Sequence record: SRR20825019_3158
Strand: one strand, 5' to 3'
Length of the DNA stretch: 40,581 bases
Made by a program: the position numbers and the translations under genes. The notes beneath the pieces were generated by a model, which worked only from the letters and a program-made list of their open reading frames with translations, did not search any database and was not told the origin of the DNA. Shown here in pieces: positions 36,653 through 40,581 of this stretch (positions within the stretch are counted from its first letter, which is position 1; every line of letters starts with the position of its first letter).

Positions 36653-37203
36653 GCGTTTTGATATATATAAACTTCTGTAGCACCTAAACCATAGGTTTTA
36701 TAATCTGCATCATAATACTTTAAGTTATCGTAGCGTCTAAGCATAGTTTCTAACTCAGCTTTTAGGACACCTTCACCTACACCGTGAATAAATACAAGTT
36801 TCTGAATACGCTTTTGTATAGCAAAATCTAACTTACGTTTAGCAGTATCTATTTGCAGGTTAAGCTTGTCATAAGCTGTTAGGCCGCGTTCAGACTTTGT
36901 AAGTTTATGTATGTGTAAGTCTACCTCCATTGCTGGAGCGTTTCGCTGTTTAGGCTTTACGCGTTCTTTAGCACCTCTCTTAACAGATGATTTTTCTTTC
37001 AAAATCTGATCAAAATCAACGTGTTTGGTATCAATTTTATATTGAGGTTTTCCTATACGCACAATCTCATTCTCATTAAAGTGAAGTTCAAAACCATCTT
37101 CATCTTCAATAGTAATGTTATCATTCTCAATGTGAGTAATGTAACCTTCTAGATTATCATCTATAACCGCTATCCTATCGCCAACGTTAAATTTATTGCT
37201 CAT
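36649..37203 (-). CDS. Smr domain protein
   Basis: EVDLHI, FIHGVGEGVLK and GATEV; N-terminal KOW/SH3-like FNVGDRI. Confidence 0.9.
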   Translation of the reverse strand: MSNKFNVGDRIAVIDDNLEGYITHIENDNITIEDEDGFELHFNENEIVRIGKPQYKIDTKHVDFDQILKEKSSVKRGAKERVKPKQRNAPAMEVDLHIHKLTKSERGLTAYDKLNLQIDTAKRKLDFAIQKRIQKLVFIHGVGEGVLKAELETMLRRYDNLKYYDADYKTYGLGATEVYIYQNA

Positions 37204-37393
37204 CCTCTATCTCAGATTGTTCTAAATCATCATTACGTTTTATTAATTTATAAATGCCGAACATTAAAAAGCAAATCCCCAAAAAACCTATGAGTTGCGA
37301 AGTACTATTGTCTGAAAGATTATAAATTACGAGTATAGCACCAACACTAAGACTCAAATAACCAAGGTATTGTGTATTTTTATTAGACTTCAT
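37193..37393 (-). CDS. Small two-TM hypothetical protein
   Basis: 66 aa with two hydrophobic helices; overlaps the Smr gene start. Confidence 0.65.
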   Translation of the reverse strand: MKSNKNTQYLGYLSLSVGAILVIYNLSDNSTSQLIGFLGICFLMFGIYKLIKRNDDLEQSEIEDEQ

Positions 37394-37478
37394 ATATTAT
37401 TAAAAATAATGTATATTTAACCTTATTGTTTATGACAAGTTAAGGCAAAACCTTAATTTTACCCCAAATTTACAAAGT

Positions 37479-39458
37479 ATGAAGTGTATTATTACAATTC
37501 TTAGCATTTTAATAAGCGGTGCATCTTTAGCACAGTTATCGGTAAAGCCTACCAATACTGGAGATGACACATTTATTTATGTTATAGATGAAATCTTGTA
37601 TGTAAAAGAAGATGTTAATCTTACAAAGAATGTAAACGATACATTAACCGAAGCCAGTATTTATTTAAGGCGTGAAGCACAACTAATACAAGGTGATGGC
37701 GGAGATCAATTAAACAAAGGTGACGGTTTGCTATCTGTATACCAAGAAGGTACAACCAACCAATGGGATTATAACAACTGGACATCTCCTGTTAGTGTAG
37801 CTGTAAACAGTTCTGGAGTTACTTTAGCTGATGGTAATGCAACATTTGGACCATCGTCTACTTTATTTACACCTGTAGATAAAACCTATTCATCTCCTGT
37901 TAAATTAATTGGTGGTTTTGAAAGTTCTGTTGGAGACGCTAGCGCTACACCAGACCCAGAACCACTTTCTTTACCAAGCTATTGGTTTTTCTATTACCCT
38001 ACTGGAGATGATTATTTAGGATGGCAACAAGTTGGTGGTGATGATTATACTATACCCGCAGGATATGGCTTTACAATGAAAGGTGTAACAGGTGCAGATC
38101 CTACAGTATCTGATGCAGGCGAAGGTGTTGTAAACAATTCTGGTAGCGCACAACGTTTTGATTTTAGAGGACGTCCTAATTCTGGAACTATAGAAATTGG
38201 AAGTATTACTCCTATAACTCCAGGACATTCTGTTTTTATAGGTAACCCTTATCCATCTGCTTTAGACCTTAGTTACTTCTTATTAGAACACTCAGTGAAT
38301 TCTGATATAGATGATGACAATGATCCAGACACTCCAGATGTACCAGTAACATTAACATCGTGTGGCTCTATTACTAGAAAAGATAATACAACTGGTATTG
38401 CTTATTTTTATGACAGTGATCCTAGCGTTCAGTCTCATTTTCTTGTAGATTATCAAGCAGGTTACGAAGCTTTTGCTCCTGTTGATTGTGGTACTACAGG
38501 AATGTCTGTTGGCGCTACTTTCATTATGTATACAAATGATGGTGAGCCAATCGCAAATTCTGAAACAGGTGTAGAAGGTGATGCTAGAGATAGACGCTAC
38601 TTACCAATAGCACAAGGTTTCTTTGTTGAAACGACCAGCAATTTAGACAACTCATTTACTTTTGAGAATAGGCACAGAGCTTATATCCCAGAAACAGCTT
38701 CTTCAAACTCTACTTTTCATAGAAATACTTCAGAAAATATTACTACTGAAAATTTTGATGAAGATGAACTTATAGTCATTCCTAAGTTAAAACTAAATAT
38801 AGAGTTAAATCACGCTTATAATAGGCAGATTTCTATAGGCTTTTGGCATAACTCATCTCGAGGTGTAGACTATGCAATGGATGCCAGACTTAGAAATTCA
38901 TTAGCTTCTGATGCTGCTATTTTAAACAATAACGACAAGTATTATATAGATGTAAGACCTTTTGATGTTACAGAAGAAATACCACTTTCGCTAGTTTTAG
39001 ATTCTCAAATGGACGTGAAGTTTACAGCCACTAGTTTTGAAAATTTTAGTACAGAAAATGTTTATATTTTAGATAGTGAAACAGGTGTTTATTATGATAT
39101 AAATTACAACTCTTGGACTACTACCTTACAAGCAGGAAATTATGATGGGCGTTTCTTCCTAACTTTCCAAGAACAGGAAGTATTAGACACAAAAGACTTT
39201 GCAGCTGAAAACTTTGATGTCTTCCAGAACAATTCAGCTTCTCAATTAGAAATAAGAAACCCTAATGCTTTAGATCTAAAATCTGTTGCACTATATGATA
39301 TTGCTGGAAAAAGAGTGATTAACGAACAAAACCTAGAAGGACAATCTGTGTATACTTTTAGTACTAGAAATCTTCAAGAAGCTATTTATGTTGTTAATAT
39401 TACGACTAGTGATAACATAACATTTTCTAAAAAAATCACTGTTTCAAATAATAGATAG
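37479..39458 (+). CDS. T9SS type A C-terminal sorting domain protein
   Basis: Signal peptide; WTSPV, GNPYPSALD and QGFFV; C-terminal LYDIAGK...IYVVNI...SKKITV. Confidence 0.85.
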   Translation: MKCIITILSILISGASLAQLSVKPTNTGDDTFIYVIDEILYVKEDVNLTKNVNDTLTEASIYLRREAQLIQGDGGDQLNKGDGLLSVYQEGTTNQWDYNNWTSPVSVAVNSSGVTLADGNATFGPSSTLFTPVDKTYSSPVKLIGGFESSVGDASATPDPEPLSLPSYWFFYYPTGDDYLGWQQVGGDDYTIPAGYGFTMKGVTGADPTVSDAGEGVVNNSGSAQRFDFRGRPNSGTIEIGSITPITPGHSVFIGNPYPSALDLSYFLLEHSVNSDIDDDNDPDTPDVPVTLTSCGSITRKDNTTGIAYFYDSDPSVQSHFLVDYQAGYEAFAPVDCGTTGMSVGATFIMYTNDGEPIANSETGVEGDARDRRYLPIAQGFFVETTSNLDNSFTFENRHRAYIPETASSNSTFHRNTSENITTENFDEDELIVIPKLKLNIELNHAYNRQISIGFWHNSSRGVDYAMDARLRNSLASDAAILNNNDKYYIDVRPFDVTEEIPLSLVLDSQMDVKFTATSFENFSTENVYILDSETGVYYDINYNSWTTTLQAGNYDGRFFLTFQEQEVLDTKDFAAENFDVFQNNSASQLEIRNPNALDLKSVALYDIAGKRVINEQNLEGQSVYTFSTRNLQEAIYVVNITTSDNITFSKKITVSNNR

Positions 39459-39461
39459 TAC

Positions 39462-39734
39462 ATGGAAGACTTCATGCTTCCTTGCCTAAATAAAAAGTTC
39501 TTTGGGGTTGAGTGTTTAGGCTGTGGCCTACAACGATCAATTTCGCTTCTTATTCAAGGTGAATTTACTGCCGCTTTTGTAATGTATCCTGCAGTTTACC
39601 CATTACTTAGTTTACTCATTTTTGTTGGCGTAAACTTTTTTTACCCAGTTAAATTTTACGGAAAAATTGTAGCCATCTTAGGAGGTTTAACAGCTTTAGT
39701 TATGGTTGTTAGCTATCTTCTAAAATATTTATAA
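39462..39734 (+). CDS. DUF2752 membrane protein
   Basis: PC...GVECLGCGLQRS motif plus TM helices. Confidence 0.88.
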   Translation: MEDFMLPCLNKKFFGVECLGCGLQRSISLLIQGEFTAAFVMYPAVYPLLSLLIFVGVNFFYPVKFYGKIVAILGGLTALVMVVSYLLKYL

Positions 39735-39790
39735 ATTCAATTACTTACATTTACTATATTTAAACTACCTAATCAGAAACCTTAATCCAC

Positions 39791-40126
39791 ATGGAAAAAC
39801 AAAATTTACCTAATTCAACTTTAATATTAATTCTTGGTATTCTATCTATAATAGGATGCTGCTGCTATGGAGTTATTGGTCTTATTTTAGCCATAATTAC
39901 AATTGTCCTAGCTAAGAAAGCAACAGAAACTTATTTAGTAAGCCCAGAATTATACTCTGGATACCAAAATGTAAAAACAGGAAAAATATTAGCTTATATT
40001 GGTTTAGCTCTTAGTGTTATCTATATATTACTAATCATCGGAATGTTAGTATTTTATGGTGGTATGGAAGGCTTACAGGAAATGCAACAAGAAATGCTGG
40101 AACAATATGGTGAAGGTCAATACTAA
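39791..40126 (+). CDS. CCC-motif membrane protein
   Basis: LPNS...LILGILSIIGCCCYG and GKILAYIG. Confidence 0.85.
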   Translation: MEKQNLPNSTLILILGILSIIGCCCYGVIGLILAIITIVLAKKATETYLVSPELYSGYQNVKTGKILAYIGLALSVIYILLIIGMLVFYGGMEGLQEMQQEMLEQYGEGQY

Positions 40127-40146
40127 GTTACCTTTGTTGAAATCAC

Positions 40147-40177
40147 AAAAAAACCTGCTATAACTAGCAGGTTTTTT
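40147..40177. terminator. Bidirectional terminator
   Basis: AAAAAACCTGCTA/TAGCAGGTTTTTT between convergent genes. Confidence 0.85.
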
Positions 40178-40200
40178 ATTATATAAGATGTTTTGTAACA

Positions 40201-40581
40201 CTATTTTTCAAATGTTTTAAGTGTTTCTGTAATAATTGAAACACAGTCTAACAATTGTTCTTTAGTCATCACCAACGGTGGTGCAAAACGTATAATGTTT
40301 CCGTGAGTAGGTTTAGCTAAAAGACCATTTTCTTTTAATGCCATACACATATCCCAAGCTGTTGAGCTGACTTCGGAATCATTAATTACAATTGCATTAA
40401 GTAAACCCTTACCTCTAACTAATGAAACAATATTTGAAGTTTCAATATATTTAGCCATTTCAGATCTAAATAATTCTCCTAATGTTCTTGCATTCTGAAT
40501 TAAGTTTTCATCTTGAACAACTTGTAGTGCAGCCATAGCAACTGCTGCTGCCACAGGATTTCCTCCAAAGGTAGAACCGTG
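40201..40581 (-). CDS. rocD: Ornithine--oxo-acid aminotransferase, C-terminal part (5'-truncated)
   Basis: Frame is open to the window end: HGSTFGGNP, VRGKGLLNAI and GLLAKPTHGNIIRFAPPL. Confidence 0.9.
   Translation of the reverse strand, partial: HGSTFGGNPVAAAVAMAALQVVQDENLIQNARTLGELFRSEMAKYIETSNIVSLVRGKGLLNAIVINDSEVSSTAWDMCMALKENGLLAKPTHGNIIRFAPPLVMTKEQLLDCVSIITETLKTFEK

Noticed and set aside
40129-40136. TACCTTTG -7 box pointing antisense to rocD
   Set aside because: It runs immediately into a terminator and has no supporting context.

Overview
AT-rich bacterial chromosomal window with the hallmarks of a Flavobacteriaceae (Bacteroidota) genome: TAnnTTTG -7 promoter boxes, a T9SS cargo protein, TonB-dependent transporters (TBDTs) and many lipoproteins. 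It is mostly core or semi-core genes: M28 peptidase, secDF, mdh, ferredoxin, LuxC-like acyl-CoA reductase, serC, serA, folE, msrA, LolD-like ATPase, cysteine desulfurase, Smr protein and rocD. It also holds a four-gene TBDT/DUF4249 operon, a GH92-glycosylasparaginase-MFS N-glycan cluster, a TPR/HisKA_2 kinase plus LytTR regulator, and a His-rich TBDT plus lipoprotein. I saw no rRNA, tRNA, CRISPR array, transposase or phage genes. Four signals stand out. (1) A LytTR-style direct-repeat promoter architecture occurs twice with identical spacing to the -7 box: once before the two-component operon, and once pointing into a ~75-nt ORF-less, terminator-bounded segment that is a candidate sRNA output of the system. 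(2) A His/Cys-rich upstream ORF ending in RGPP (CruR/DUF2946-like candidate arrest peptide) precedes the His-rich TBDT. (3) A compact H-type pseudoknot sits in the secDF leader. (4) A REP-like inverted doublet shows compensatory stem changes. All family assignments come from motif recognition by eye, not database searches.
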